Shown: in pieces, positions 16,575-28,347 of the stretch
Layout: each line of letters begins with the position of its first letter
Position numbering within the stretch: position 1 is the stretch's first letter
Assembly (NCBI GenBank): GCA_045578865.1
Contig: JAZNLB010000008.1
Coordinates: 37,234 to 101,233 of the forward strand
DNA: 64,000 nucleotides
From: Clostridia bacterium
GTDB lineage: Bacteria; Bacillota; Clostridia; UBA1381; UMGS1253
Direction: 5' to 3'
Notes under the pieces: generated by a model
The model's input: only the letters and a program-made list of their open reading frames with translations
What the model was told of the DNA's origin: nothing
Databases searched by the model: none
Translations under genes and position numbers: made by a program

Positions 16575-19013
16575 TCAACAGATAGCTCCGGACCCATTTG
16601 GTTTGGTTTCTGCTACATCAGACAAATTTAATCTGAAATTTGATTTGCTTTTCTTGTTCAGCGCTATATCAAGCACCTCATCCATCGTAGATACGGGTAT
16701 GAATTTTAAGTGCTCGCTAACCGTTTTGGGAATTTTATTTAAATCGCTCATGTTTTGTTTCGGGAACAAAACCGTTTGAATGCCCGCTGCGTAAGCGGCA
16801 ATCGATTTTTCCTTCAATCCTCCAATCGGAAGCACACGGCCGCGCAGTGTAATTTCTCCCGTCATAGCAACAGAGGCTTTAACAGGTCTGCCTGTAAGTG
16901 CTGATATCATCGCAGTTGCCATTGTAATACCGGCAGACGGTCCATCTTTTGGAACTGCGCCTTCCGGAATATGACAGTGAATATCTAGTCTCTTGTAGAA
17001 ATCGCGTTCAATCCCGAACAAATCAGCATTGGAACGAATATAACTCATCGCTGCCATAGAGGATTCTTTCATGACCTCGCCGATTTTACCCGTAATCTCA
17101 ACTTTGCCGCTGCCGGGCATAGTATTGACCTCAACAGACAATGTTTCGCCACCAACCGATGTCCATGCAAGTCCCCTAGCAATACCGATTTCATCTTTTG
17201 TGTTCGCTTTTTCTATTTTATACTTTTGTGCGCCGAGATATTTTTCAACCGCAGGAGCATCAATTAAGCATTGAAACGGCATATTTTTAGCATCGGACAA
17301 CGCTTCTTTTGCAAGTTTTCTGCAAATTTTTATTATACTTCTTTCCAATTCGCGCACGCCGGCCTCGCGTGTATAGTATTCAATGATATGCGCTATTGCA
17401 TCTTCGCAAAACTCAACTGCGAGTTTGGTTTTGCTGTATTTGCCAACATGTTTAGGCACCAGATAATTCTTTGCAATTTGCAGTTTTTCTTCTGCGGTAT
17501 AACTGCCGAGTTCTATAATTTCAACGCGGTCCAAAAGCGGCAATGGAATGGTGTCTAGTGTGTTTGCTGTTGCGATAAATAACACCCTGGATAAATCGAA
17601 TGGAATTTCAACATAATGGTCACGAAACTCACCATTCTGTGCCGTATCCAACACTTCCAAAAGTGCCGAAGCCGGATCGCCGTTCATGCTTTTTCCAAGC
17701 TTATCGATTTCATCGAGCAAAATCAGCGGATTGTTGCTTTTTGCTAATTTAATTGCATTTATAATTCTGCCCGGCATCGCGCCGATATATGTTTTTCTGT
17801 GGCCTCGAATATCAGATTCATCCTTAATACCACCAAGGCAAATGCGCTGATAGTTCTTCCCCAACGCTTCTGCTACGGATTTAACCACGGAAGTTTTACC
17901 CACTCCCGGCGGACCAACAAGACAGAGTATCGGTGCATTTTGCTCCTTCGCAAGTTTTTTTGACGATAAAAACTCCAAAATTGCATCTTTTACTTCATTT
18001 AAACCATAATGATCTCGGTCTAAAATATGCTGCGCACGCAATATATCGTAATTTTCTTTTGTGGTCTTATTCCAAGGTAGAGAAATTACATAGTCTAAAT
18101 AGTTTTTCGAAACTGCAAAATCTGCGGTGTTCTGCTGCATTTTTTTTAGACGATCCACTTCTTTAAGCAGTTGTTCTTCATAACTTTTTTTAAGTTTCAG
18201 CGCACAAATTTGTATTTTAAGCTTACCAGTTTCTTCGCCTTCGCCACACAGGTTTTCTAACTCTTCATTAAATACCTTGATCTGTTCTCTCAAATAATAT
18301 TCTTTCTGATTTTTTTGGATCTGCGCCTCAACTTTATCATTGAGCTTGTGCTCAATTTCAGCAATCGCAACCTCGCTACGCAGTATTGCAACCAGCGCAG
18401 TTACACGATCTGAGAGCAAAAGCTTTTCCAATATGCTTTGCTTGGTATCTGCATCCACATCCAGGCGCGCAGCAACAGCATCCGTAATCATCGAAACATC
18501 TTTAGTTTCCAAGAGCGGAATTAAGGATTCAAACACTCTTGGATTGGTAATGGTAAAATAATCCTCGCATGCGCGTGACAAAATACGGTGCAGCACCTCG
18601 TCCAAATCCGAATCGTGCGCCTCTCCCTCATTGTCCAAAAGCTCAATTTCACTTATAAGACACGGAATTGTGCGACTGAATTTAATTAATCTGGCGCGCT
18701 GTACACCTTCAACCGTCACCATTACACTTTCACCGAAACCGCCTTGAATATTTACTACTTTTACCAAGGAGCCGATTTCGAACAAATCACTCTTTGACGG
18801 ATCCTCAACCGCTATGTTTCTTTGCGTAACCATGAAAATCGGCATATTTTTACTCATAGCATAATTAAGCGTCTTCATAGATTTAAATCTGCCGATTTCG
18901 ACCGTTAAACTAACCTTCGGAAACACAACCATACCGCGCAATGCAATCGTCGGAAATTTTGTTTGCGTACCATCTTCATTCATATATTCAAAAATTTCAA
19001 ATTCTTCTGTCAT
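16575..19013 (-). CDS. lon: ATP-dependent Lon protease (LonA)
   Basis: LON N-domain, AAA+ Walker [10 protein letters not shown], and proteolytic PKDGPSAG. The start is taken at MTEEFEIF (19013). Confidence 0.96.
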   Translation of the reverse strand: MTEEFEIFEYMNEDGTQTKFPTIALRGMVVFPKVSLTVEIGRFKSMKTLNYAMSKNMPIFMVTQRNIAVEDPSKSDLFEIGSLVKVVNIQGGFGESVMVTVEGVQRARLIKFSRTIPCLISEIELLDNEGEAHDSDLDEVLHRILSRACEDYFTITNPRVFESLIPLLETKDVSMITDAVAARLDVDADTKQSILEKLLLSDRVTALVAILRSEVAIAEIEHKLNDKVEAQIQKNQKEYYLREQIKVFNEELENLCGEGEETGKLKIQICALKLKKSYEEQLLKEVDRLKKMQQNTADFAVSKNYLDYVISLPWNKTTKENYDILRAQHILDRDHYGLNEVKDAILEFLSSKKLAKEQNAPILCLVGPPGVGKTSVVKSVAEALGKNYQRICLGGIKDESDIRGHRKTYIGAMPGRIINAIKLAKSNNPLILLDEIDKLGKSMNGDPASALLEVLDTAQNGEFRDHYVEIPFDLSRVLFIATANTLDTIPLPLLDRVEIIELGSYTAEEKLQIAKNYLVPKHVGKYSKTKLAVEFCEDAIAHIIEYYTREAGVRELERSIIKICRKLAKEALSDAKNMPFQCLIDAPAVEKYLGAQKYKIEKANTKDEIGIARGLAWTSVGGETLSVEVNTMPGSGKVEITGKIGEVMKESSMAAMSYIRSNADLFGIERDFYKRLDIHCHIPEGAVPKDGPSAGITMATAMISALTGRPVKASVAMTGEITLRGRVLPIGGLKEKSIAAYAAGIQTVLFPKQNMSDLNKIPKTVSEHLKFIPVSTMDEVLDIALNKKSKSNFRLNLSDVAETKPNGSGAIC

Positions 19014-19046
19014 TTCTAAACCTCTAAATTCATAAATTATCAATTT

Positions 19047-19075
19047 ATTATATAATAAATTGTATAAAATTTCAA
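19047..19075 (-). promoter_or_regulatory. Sigma-A promoter for lon
   Basis: On the minus strand, TTGAAA (19070-19075), 17-nt spacer, TATAAT (19047-19052). Confidence 0.55.
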
Positions 19076-19103
19076 GTCTTTTAGCGAATTAAGGCATAAA
19101 TAT

Positions 19104-19138
19104 CAAAAAAAGAAACAAATTCATACGAATTCGTTTCT
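19104..19138 (-). terminator. Intrinsic terminator after clpX
   Basis: AGAAACGAATTC-GTAT-GAATTTGTTTCT on the minus strand, followed by TTTTTTT. Confidence 0.7.
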
Positions 19139-19151
19139 TTTAGTTACCCTA

Positions 19152-20459
<1,308 letters not shown>

Positions 20460-20486
20460 AGAATCACCTCATAAATTTCTCTTCTG

Positions 20487-21068
20487 TTATGCTTTAGAAA
20501 TTACCGCATCAATCAACCCGTATTCCTTCGCTTCCTGAGCGGACAAGAAATTGTCTCGTTCAGTATCTGCCTGAATTTTTTCAATAGGCTGACCCGTGCG
20601 CTCACTCAGAATTTGGTTTAGGTTGTTTTTCATTCTGAGAATTCTATCTGCATGGATTTTAATATCAGTAGCCTGACCTTGCATACCACCAAGCGGTTGG
20701 TGAATCATAATCTCGCTGTTCGGCAAAGCAAAACGCTTTCCCTTCTCACCTGCTGCAAGCAAAAACGCACCCATACTTGCAGCCATACCGATACAAATCG
20801 TAGAAACATCGCATTTGATGTACTGCATAGTATCATAAATCGCCATACCGGCAGTAATGGAACCACCCGGGCTATTGATGTAGAACTGAATATCCTTATC
20901 CGGATCTTCACTCTCCAGGAATAAAAGTTGTGCTACTACAAGACTGGCTGTAACATCGTTTACCTCGTCGCCCAAGAAAATTATTCTTTCTTTTAACAAT
21001 CGCGAAAAGATGTCATAGGCGCGTTCACCACGATTTGTTTGTTCAATTACGGTAGGTACTAAACTCAT
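20487..21068 (-). CDS. clpP: ATP-dependent Clp protease proteolytic subunit
   Basis: Catalytic Ser context GMAASMGA and His context IMIHQP. The start is at [11 protein letters not shown]. Confidence 0.96.
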   Translation of the reverse strand: MSLVPTVIEQTNRGERAYDIFSRLLKERIIFLGDEVNDVTASLVVAQLLFLESEDPDKDIQFYINSPGGSITAGMAIYDTMQYIKCDVSTICIGMAASMGAFLLAAGEKGKRFALPNSEIMIHQPLGGMQGQATDIKIHADRILRMKNNLNQILSERTGQPIEKIQADTERDNFLSAQEAKEYGLIDAVISKA

Positions 21069-21119
21069 ATTCACACAAATCACTCCTATTTACATATTTT
21101 GTCGCCGAATACCAAATAA

Positions 21120-22577
21120 TTATTCCGCGTCTTTTTTTGTAGTCTTCTTAGTTGTCGTTGCCTTTTTTGCAGCAGTTGTTGTAGACTTCTTTGTTGTAGT
21201 TGTCTTCTTTGCAGCCGGTTTTTCAGCCTTGTGTTCAGCATCTTCTGTTTTTTCTTTTGTTGCAGTAGCTTTCTTTGTTGTCGTCTTCTTCGCAGCCGGC
21301 TTTTCTTCTACCAAAGACAGAAGGTACTCAATCGTTTTGTTGGTCACAACATCCTTCTTCAAATCTTCCGATTGAACATACATCTTCACCTGCTCAACTT
21401 CCATCTTGTACTGTTCAGCAAGTTTTGTGTATTCAGCCTCAACCTCAGCATCGGTTGCTTCAATCTTCTGCTTCTTTGCTACCGCTTCGAGTGCGAGCAT
21501 GCCCTGAACCTGCTTTTCAGCCTGCTCTTTGAACTGTGCTCTGAACGCAGCCATATCCATGCCGCTAAACTGCAGGTACTTTTCTACGCTCATACCCTGA
21601 TAGGAAAGACGCATCTCGAAATCTCTTACCATATCATCAATTCTGTTTTCGTACATAACTTCCGGGATTTCAACCTTCATCTTAGAAATCACATAGTCGA
21701 TTACATTATTTTCAAGCTCCTGCTTTGCGCGCTTTTCAGCCGCATCTTTAAGCTTTTTATTAACATCGTCTCGCAGTTCTTTCAAAGTTTCAAACTCGCT
21801 GACATCTTTCGCAAATTCGTCATCCAGTTCCGGAAGTTCTTCTGCCTTGATTTCGTGTACCTTTACTTTAAAGGTTGCTTCTTTGCCGGCAAGATTTTCT
21901 GCATGATACTCTGTCGGGAAAGTTACTTTCACTTCAACATCATCGCCTGCATTCTTACCAACGAGCTGATCTTCAAATCCCGGGATAAACTGACCAGAGC
22001 CGAGTTTTAAGCTGTGGCCCTCAGCCTTACCGCCGTCAAATGCAACGCCGTCACAAAATCCTTCATAGTCAATAACTACCGTATCACCGAGTTGGCTTGC
22101 GCGTTCCTCGACCGGAACAATACGCGCGTTTTGCTTACGCATATTCTCAAGTTCAGCATCAACATCTTTCTTTGCAACCGGATAGGACGGCACTTTAACT
22201 TCGATCTTATCGAGCTTGCCAAGTTTCACTTCCGGCTTAACGGTTACTTTTGCAGTTAAAATTAAATTTTTGCCTTCTTCCGGGAATTGCTTGATGTCCA
22301 CTTCAGGACGATCTACCGGTTCAACACCTGCTTCCGCAATGGCATTTTCATAAGCTTCCGGGAAAACAAAATTAATGGCATCATCATAAAATACAGCCGG
22401 AGAATACATCTTCTCGATGATTTTCCTCGGTGCCTTACCTTTTCTGAAACCCGGAATGTTGAAGCTCTTAACATTCTTTATGTATGCTTTTTGCATAGCT
22501 GCCTCAAAAGCTTCTGCCGAAACCTCAAATTCAAGGATTACGCTGTTTTTCTCTGTTGCTTCTACCTTTACATTCAT
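21120..22577 (-). CDS. tig: Trigger factor with a ~62-aa Lys/Thr/Ala-rich C-terminal extension
   Basis: Ribosome-binding motif GFRKGKAP and an FKBP-type PPIase core. The C-terminus is EEKPAAKKTTTKKATATKEK...AEKPAAKKTTTTKKSTTTAAKKATTTKKTTKKDAE. Confidence 0.95.
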   Translation of the reverse strand: MNVKVEATEKNSVILEFEVSAEAFEAAMQKAYIKNVKSFNIPGFRKGKAPRKIIEKMYSPAVFYDDAINFVFPEAYENAIAEAGVEPVDRPEVDIKQFPEEGKNLILTAKVTVKPEVKLGKLDKIEVKVPSYPVAKKDVDAELENMRKQNARIVPVEERASQLGDTVVIDYEGFCDGVAFDGGKAEGHSLKLGSGQFIPGFEDQLVGKNAGDDVEVKVTFPTEYHAENLAGKEATFKVKVHEIKAEELPELDDEFAKDVSEFETLKELRDDVNKKLKDAAEKRAKQELENNVIDYVISKMKVEIPEVMYENRIDDMVRDFEMRLSYQGMSVEKYLQFSGMDMAAFRAQFKEQAEKQVQGMLALEAVAKKQKIEATDAEVEAEYTKLAEQYKMEVEQVKMYVQSEDLKKDVVTNKTIEYLLSLVEEKPAAKKTTTKKATATKEKTEDAEHKAEKPAAKKTTTTKKSTTTAAKKATTTKKTTKKDAE

Positions 22578-22652
22578 TCTTTACTTCCTCCAGTTTGACG
22601 AATACTCTGCAAAACCTTCGTCAAATTTTTTCAAACTTGCAGACAATAACAT

Positions 22653-22680
22653 ATTATAACATATGTATAAAATTTTGCAA
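22653..22680 (-). promoter_or_regulatory. Sigma-A promoter for tig
   Basis: On the minus strand, TTGCAA (22675-22680), 16-nt spacer, TATAAT (22653-22658), with TG at -15/-14. Confidence 0.5.
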
Positions 22681-22712
22681 GTCTTTTTGTGAAATTGTTC
22701 CAGTTTTTTTCT

Positions 22713-23423
22713 TTATTTGTCCCCTCTGACTAATATCGGACTAAAACCAATACAATTACATGAAATCAAGTGATAACTAATACCATCAACCGTCTGATTG
22801 CGCTTAAAATTTGCAGGGACAGTATGCAAATGACCGTAATAGACATCACGAACGCCATATTTTTTTATCAACGCAGCAAAATTATCATCTGCTACACCGT
22901 CGTAAATCGGCGGGTAATGCGAGAAAAATAGAATTTCTTTCAAATTCATACTTTGCGCGTATTGCAGCGACATCTCTACCCTTCCCAGTTCGCGTTGATA
23001 AATCTTTGTGTCCTGTGCACTTAAATTTTCAAAAACCGGGCTTTGCCAAAAGCGTGTTCCACAAATGGCATATTCATCAAACGCAATGCAATTATTCTGA
23101 ATAAAGCGCATGTTCTTATAGTCATGTAAATCAATAAATTTTTCTACTTTTGCCAATGTGTCCCACCAATAATCATGGTTGCCCTTTAAAAGAACTTTTA
23201 TACCGGGCAGACTATTTAAAAAATCGAAATCTTTTTTTGCTTCTTCTAAATCAATCGCCCAACAAAAATCTCCGGGCAAGACGACACAATCATCATCACA
23301 AATCAGATTTTGCCAGTTTTCTTTTAGTCGGTATACATAGTTTTCCCATGTCTTACCAAATACATCCATTGGCTTATCTACACCAAGCGGCAAATGCAAA
23401 TCAGATATTGCATAAATCGCCAT
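22713..23423 (-). CDS. Metallophosphoesterase (calcineurin-like)
   Basis: The motifs are ISDLH, GDF, GNHD and GHLH, in the canonical order. Confidence 0.8.
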   Translation of the reverse strand: MAIYAISDLHLPLGVDKPMDVFGKTWENYVYRLKENWQNLICDDDCVVLPGDFCWAIDLEEAKKDFDFLNSLPGIKVLLKGNHDYWWDTLAKVEKFIDLHDYKNMRFIQNNCIAFDEYAICGTRFWQSPVFENLSAQDTKIYQRELGRVEMSLQYAQSMNLKEILFFSHYPPIYDGVADDNFAALIKKYGVRDVYYGHLHTVPANFKRNQTVDGISYHLISCNCIGFSPILVRGDK

Positions 23424-23439
23424 AGCGCACCTCCGATAG

Positions 23440-24882
23440 TTATTTAGAATACTTATTTAACAGTTCCTGTTTGATATCCCAAAGCGCTTTCGACATATCG
23501 ACATAGTATTTATGCGGATTTTCAAATCGCTTAACCTCATCCCATAGTGAATCTACTTGTTCACTGCAATAGGCTTTAATTTCGTCGAGCGCCTTGTTTT
23601 CGTATACACATTCGCCGTTTTTAAAAATCTGCACGAGCATCGGCCTTGCTTCGAAATTTTCAACAGTTTTACGCTTCCAGACATGCTCAGGATCAAAAAT
23701 TTCATATGGCTGAGAATCATCAATGATTTCATCATGGAGCGTTAACACATCGGCGATTGCTTTTCCTGTTTCTTTCGAAAACAATCTGTATACTTGTTTA
23801 AAGCACGGCGTTGTAATCTTTGCCACATTTTCGCTCAGTTTAATCTTCGGAATCGGATTGCCGTCCTTGCCTTCTACGGCTACAATCTTGTATACGCCGC
23901 CGAATACAGGCTCAGAACGCGATGTAATCAAGCGTTCACCAACACCAAAGGAATCAATTTGTGCCCCCTGCGTCAGAGTATCACGGATAATATATTCGTC
24001 GAGTGAATTGGATACAACAATTCCGCAATCTTCAAAACCTGCATCATCGAGCATTTTTCTTACCTTCTTAGATAGATATGTGATGTCGCCGCTATCTATT
24101 CGAACACCTTTCGGTCGATACCCCATCGGTACTAAAACTTCATTAAATACTTTGATTGCATTCGGAACACCGCTTTTGAGTACATTGTATGTGTCAACCA
24201 ATAATGTACAGCTATTCGGATAGGTCTGTGCATACGCTTTAAAAGCATCGTACTCCGTATCAAATAATTGTACCCAGCTGTGCGCCATAGTACCGAGTGC
24301 CGGTACGCCGTAATCTCGTTCTGCAATAGCGCAAGCAGTGCCGCAACACCCTGCAATATACGCCGCGCGTGCACCCATTATCGCCGCATGATAACCCTGC
24401 GCGCGTCTGGAACCGAACTCCATCACAGCGCGGCCGCGCGCAGCACGGACGATTCTGCTTGCTTTCGTGGCAATCAGGCTTTGATGATTTACAGTAAGCA
24501 AAATCATTGTCTCAATAAACTGCGCCTGAATAATCGGTCCTTTTACACACACAATCGGTTCTCCGGGGAAAATCGGTGTTCCTTCTTCTATTGCCCAAAC
24601 ATCACATTCGAACTTAAAATCTTTTAAGTACGCCAAAAATTCCTCTCCGAACACACCTTTACTACGCAAATAGGCTATATCTTCTTCATTGAACTGTAAC
24701 CCCTTAAAATAAGAGATCAATTGTTCAACGCCAACCATAATTGCATAACCGCCATCATCAGGCACTTTTCTAAAAAACATATCAAAATATGCAATTCGGT
24801 CTTTAAATCCATGCTGAAAATAGCCATTTGCCATTGTGAACTCATAAAAATCCGTAAGCATTGTCAAATTTATATCTGCCAT
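23440..24882 (-). CDS. pncB: Nicotinate phosphoribosyltransferase
   Basis: 480 aa. The N-terminus LTDFYEFTMANGYF and the core GTMAHSW are typical of Firmicute-type NAPRTase. Confidence 0.9.
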   Translation of the reverse strand: MADINLTMLTDFYEFTMANGYFQHGFKDRIAYFDMFFRKVPDDGGYAIMVGVEQLISYFKGLQFNEEDIAYLRSKGVFGEEFLAYLKDFKFECDVWAIEEGTPIFPGEPIVCVKGPIIQAQFIETMILLTVNHQSLIATKASRIVRAARGRAVMEFGSRRAQGYHAAIMGARAAYIAGCCGTACAIAERDYGVPALGTMAHSWVQLFDTEYDAFKAYAQTYPNSCTLLVDTYNVLKSGVPNAIKVFNEVLVPMGYRPKGVRIDSGDITYLSKKVRKMLDDAGFEDCGIVVSNSLDEYIIRDTLTQGAQIDSFGVGERLITSRSEPVFGGVYKIVAVEGKDGNPIPKIKLSENVAKITTPCFKQVYRLFSKETGKAIADVLTLHDEIIDDSQPYEIFDPEHVWKRKTVENFEARPMLVQIFKNGECVYENKALDEIKAYCSEQVDSLWDEVKRFENPHKYYVDMSKALWDIKQELLNKYSK

Positions 24883-24893
24883 AGTTATCTCTC

Positions 24894-27176
24894 CTATTGT
24901 ATTTTCTTCAAATTCGCAAACAAAGCCATTAAGTTTTTGTGCTCACCGCTATCGAATTCAATCTCGATTTTTTTATCGTTACCGAGAGGAATGACATTTA
25001 ACACTTTTCCGCGACCGAACTTTTTGTGTTCAATAATGTCCCCGACGGAAAAGTCCGTTTCTGCTTTTTCGTTAGCACGCACATCGAAACTTTTATAAAG
25101 CGCCGCTTTGGTCATACCACCAAAAGATACAGTTTCGGTTTTTGGCACATTACTATAATAATCGTTTCTGACACCACTGTCGAAATCACTTTGTGTGTAA
25201 TCCGGCATAAAGTCTATTGTGTGTCTTTGTGCCATTTGCTTGCGCTCCCTTATCTTTCTGCCTTCAAAACACATAGTCAGTTCTGATGGGATTTCTTTAA
25301 CAAATCGAGATGGCGGCGAAAATTTTGTTTGACCGAAAATCATGCGAGATGCTGCATGCGTAATAAACAGTTTTTGCTTAGCACGCGTAATTGCTACATA
25401 ACAAAGTCTCCGTTCTTCTTCGATGCCGTCTTCCTCTAACATAGATTGCATCCCGGGAAAGAGACCTTCTTCTGCGCCGATGATATACACCACCGGAAAT
25501 TCCAAGCCCTTCGCTGTGTGAATTGTCATTAAAGTTACGGTCGGTTGGTCTTCGTCATAATTGTCAATATCAGACACCAATGAGATCTCTTCCAAAAACC
25601 CCTCCAATCCCGACATTTCATGCTCTGTTTTCTCAAATTCCTGTGCAGCACTCAAAAGTTCGTCTAAGTTTTCAATTCTCGTTTGCGATTCAATGTCGCC
25701 TTCTGCCATCAATGCCGCACGATAACCGCTTTCAACAAGTACGGTTTCAATAAAATCGGCAACAGACATTGTATCCTTGCGTTCTTTGAGCGAAAGAATC
25801 ATTTTCGTAAACATATCAAATTTTGCCGCGGCTCTTGCGATGTCCGCGTGCGCTGTAGCTTCGCAAATTACATCAAACAGATCTTTTTTATCGCGTTGCG
25901 AAATCCATTCTGCTTTCGCGACACTGGCATCGCCTATCCCTCGTTTCGGCTCGTTGATAATGCGTTTTAAACTGACGGTATCCTTCGGATTCACGATGAC
26001 GCGCAGATAAGCAATCGCATCCTTGATTTCCTTGCGGTCATAGAAACGCAGTCCCGAAAGCACTCGATAAGGAAGTCCGTATCTTAACAGCGCATCTTCC
26101 ATTACACGCGACTGTGCGTTTGTGCGATACAAAAGCGCAAAATCTTTAAAAGAATAGTTTTGTTCTGAAACCATTCGATCTATTTCTTTTGCAACAAAAT
26201 AAGCTTCATCCCGTTCGTCGTCAGCGTGATAAATGCAGATTTCATCTCCCGTTTCCCCTGCCGTCCACAAATCCTTCCCCTTTCGTTTGAGGTTGTTGGA
26301 AATTACAGCATTGGCAGCATCTAAAATGTTTTTAGTAGAGCGATAGTTTTGCTCTAATTTAATTATTTTTGCATCAGGAAACTGTTTTTCAAAATCCAAA
26401 ATATTTTTGATGTTTGCCCCTCGAAATTTATAGATACTCTGGTCATCATCGCCAACCACGCAAAGATTTCCGTGCTTTTTTGCCAAAAGATAAATCAATC
26501 TGTACTGTGCATTATTCGTATCTTGATACTCGTCCACCATGATATATCTGAATCGGTGATTATAGTATGCAAGCACATCTTCGTGTTCTTCAAATAAGCG
26601 GATTGTATTTACGATCAAATCGTCAAAATCCATCGCATTATAATCTTTAAGTTTACTTTGGTACAACTTATATGCCATGGCTATTTTGCTCATTTTATAA
26701 TCAGAAGCATACATTTCTTCAAAACGCGCAGAGGTTAACATATCATCCTTTGCACGGCTGATTTCACCATAAAGCATATTAGGTGTAAATATCTTATCGT
26801 CCAAATTCAGTTCTTTTATACATTCCTTTAGCAGCGTTTTTGTATCTTGCGTATCATAAATACTAAAATTCCGCTCGTAACCGAGACGGCTGCAATCCCT
26901 GCGTAAAATACGCACACAAAGCGAATGGAATGTAGACGCACAAATTTCATCTCCGCCTTCCATCTTCGTGCTAATTCGTTCTTTCATCTCCTGTGCGGCT
27001 TTATTCGTAAATGTAATTGCTAAAATATGATAAGGCGAAATACCTCTATGTTCAATCATATGTGCAATACGATTAACAAGCACCGTCGTTTTGCCACTTC
27101 CTGCACCCGCTAAAATCAGAAGTGGGCCTTCCGTTGTTTGCACAGCCAATTTTTGTGCTTCGTTTAAATTGCTCAT
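24894..27176 (-). CDS. pcrA: ATP-dependent DNA helicase PcrA/UvrD
   Basis: Helicase motifs AGAGSGKT, DEYQDTN, VGDDDQSIY, and the TIHTAKGLEF/VAITRA motifs. Confidence 0.95.
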   Translation of the reverse strand: MSNLNEAQKLAVQTTEGPLLILAGAGSGKTTVLVNRIAHMIEHRGISPYHILAITFTNKAAQEMKERISTKMEGGDEICASTFHSLCVRILRRDCSRLGYERNFSIYDTQDTKTLLKECIKELNLDDKIFTPNMLYGEISRAKDDMLTSARFEEMYASDYKMSKIAMAYKLYQSKLKDYNAMDFDDLIVNTIRLFEEHEDVLAYYNHRFRYIMVDEYQDTNNAQYRLIYLLAKKHGNLCVVGDDDQSIYKFRGANIKNILDFEKQFPDAKIIKLEQNYRSTKNILDAANAVISNNLKRKGKDLWTAGETGDEICIYHADDERDEAYFVAKEIDRMVSEQNYSFKDFALLYRTNAQSRVMEDALLRYGLPYRVLSGLRFYDRKEIKDAIAYLRVIVNPKDTVSLKRIINEPKRGIGDASVAKAEWISQRDKKDLFDVICEATAHADIARAAAKFDMFTKMILSLKERKDTMSVADFIETVLVESGYRAALMAEGDIESQTRIENLDELLSAAQEFEKTEHEMSGLEGFLEEISLVSDIDNYDEDQPTVTLMTIHTAKGLEFPVVYIIGAEEGLFPGMQSMLEEDGIEEERRLCYVAITRAKQKLFITHAASRMIFGQTKFSPPSRFVKEIPSELTMCFEGRKIRERKQMAQRHTIDFMPDYTQSDFDSGVRNDYYSNVPKTETVSFGGMTKAALYKSFDVRANEKAETDFSVGDIIEHKKFGRGKVLNVIPLGNDKKIEIEFDSGEHKNLMALFANLKKIQ

Positions 27177-27182
27177 TGTTTG

Positions 27183-28343
27183 CTATCTCCCCTTGATGAA
27201 ACGATCAATAAAATAAAATATATAACCGACAATTAAAAAGCTTGATGCCAGAATACCTACCCAAGCAAAGTTGCCTGCTGTAAGTGGATATAGTGTCAAA
27301 ATACCCGTATAGGCAAGCACACCGACTCCCAGAAAATATACGTACAAAAACAGCATCCAAAGCAGAGGATCATAACCGCGCATACGGCAGGTATTATCAA
27401 ATAAAGCCCAGTCCAGAAGCATGATCAGCGGCGCAATATAATAAAGCACGAACGCTATACCATTCGGTCTATATGCGCCTTTTGCATAGAAATGATATAC
27501 AACAAACACAAAGACCATGCAAATTGTTAAAAAACATTTGATACGCGAAAATATATACGAACCCTTTGATGTCACTTTAAAGCGAATTGCATTGTAAATC
27601 AAAACGGATACTATACATAGAAAACTCAGAAAATTCACTAAATTTTCATAATAGCGCAAGGATTGTAAAAATACAGATAAATTCATGTCGGACAAGCGTG
27701 CAAAAGCCTGAATTTCCAGCAACAAAAACAAAAGTCGCAACAAAAGCGCAAACACAGATCGCATATCCTGAAACAATTCTCCGGTAAATAAACGGTCAAG
27801 CAAATACAACCCGATACATAACACGCCTAAATTTAACAAAAGTTGCATAAGTTCTTGCCTGGCGGAAAATAAGCCAAAAAACTCCAATGCGTCAGGCAAG
27901 GAAAACACCTTTGCCGCTAAAACACAAAGCAACGCTGCCAGCGCCAATGCCCCGAGCATGCCAATAAGCATCTGCCACAGCTTAAGTCTTGCATGTTTGT
28001 CGAAAATTAAATAATCTAAAATCATCATAAACGGTAATAACACATTTAAAATCCATTCGTTATTACCATGGGATAATATCATGTTTAAATTCATCCCCAA
28101 AGTCAACAGAGAAAGAAAAGCACAGCTTGTTTTAAAAAACATCAAAGCTTTCAGCATTCTGCCCCGCAGTGTCGCAAAAAACACGAATAAAATGCAAATC
28201 AAATTGCAGAAGGCAGTAAACACTGTAAAGTTCAACAACTTTACAGTGTTGTCTTGCAAGTTAAAAGCAGCTCGTTCCAGTATTGCCCATGCGGAAAACA
28301 ATATAAAAGCAAGACGATATATTACGGCAATAGTCTTTTTCAT
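27183..28343 (-). CDS. Polytopic membrane protein made of two homologous halves (possibly FAR-17a/AIG1-like Pr6Pr family)
   Basis: About 12 hydrophobic segments. The motif ILDYLIFDKHARLKLWQML in the first half recurs as LLDWALFDNTCRMRGYDPLLWML in the second half. It starts 4 nt after the metH stop. Confidence 0.7.
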   Translation of the reverse strand: MKKTIAVIYRLAFILFSAWAILERAAFNLQDNTVKLLNFTVFTAFCNLICILFVFFATLRGRMLKALMFFKTSCAFLSLLTLGMNLNMILSHGNNEWILNVLLPFMMILDYLIFDKHARLKLWQMLIGMLGALALAALLCVLAAKVFSLPDALEFFGLFSARQELMQLLLNLGVLCIGLYLLDRLFTGELFQDMRSVFALLLRLLFLLLEIQAFARLSDMNLSVFLQSLRYYENLVNFLSFLCIVSVLIYNAIRFKVTSKGSYIFSRIKCFLTICMVFVFVVYHFYAKGAYRPNGIAFVLYYIAPLIMLLDWALFDNTCRMRGYDPLLWMLFLYVYFLGVGVLAYTGILTLYPLTAGNFAWVGILASSFLIVGYIFYFIDRFIKGR

Positions 28344-28347
28344 TCAC

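Noticed and set aside
21231-22010. 259-aa ORF on the plus strand, plus a neighbouring 85-aa ORF
   Set aside because: It is antisense to tig. It is Phe/Leu/Cys-rich low-complexity sequence typical of the reverse frame of a Lys/Glu-rich gene.
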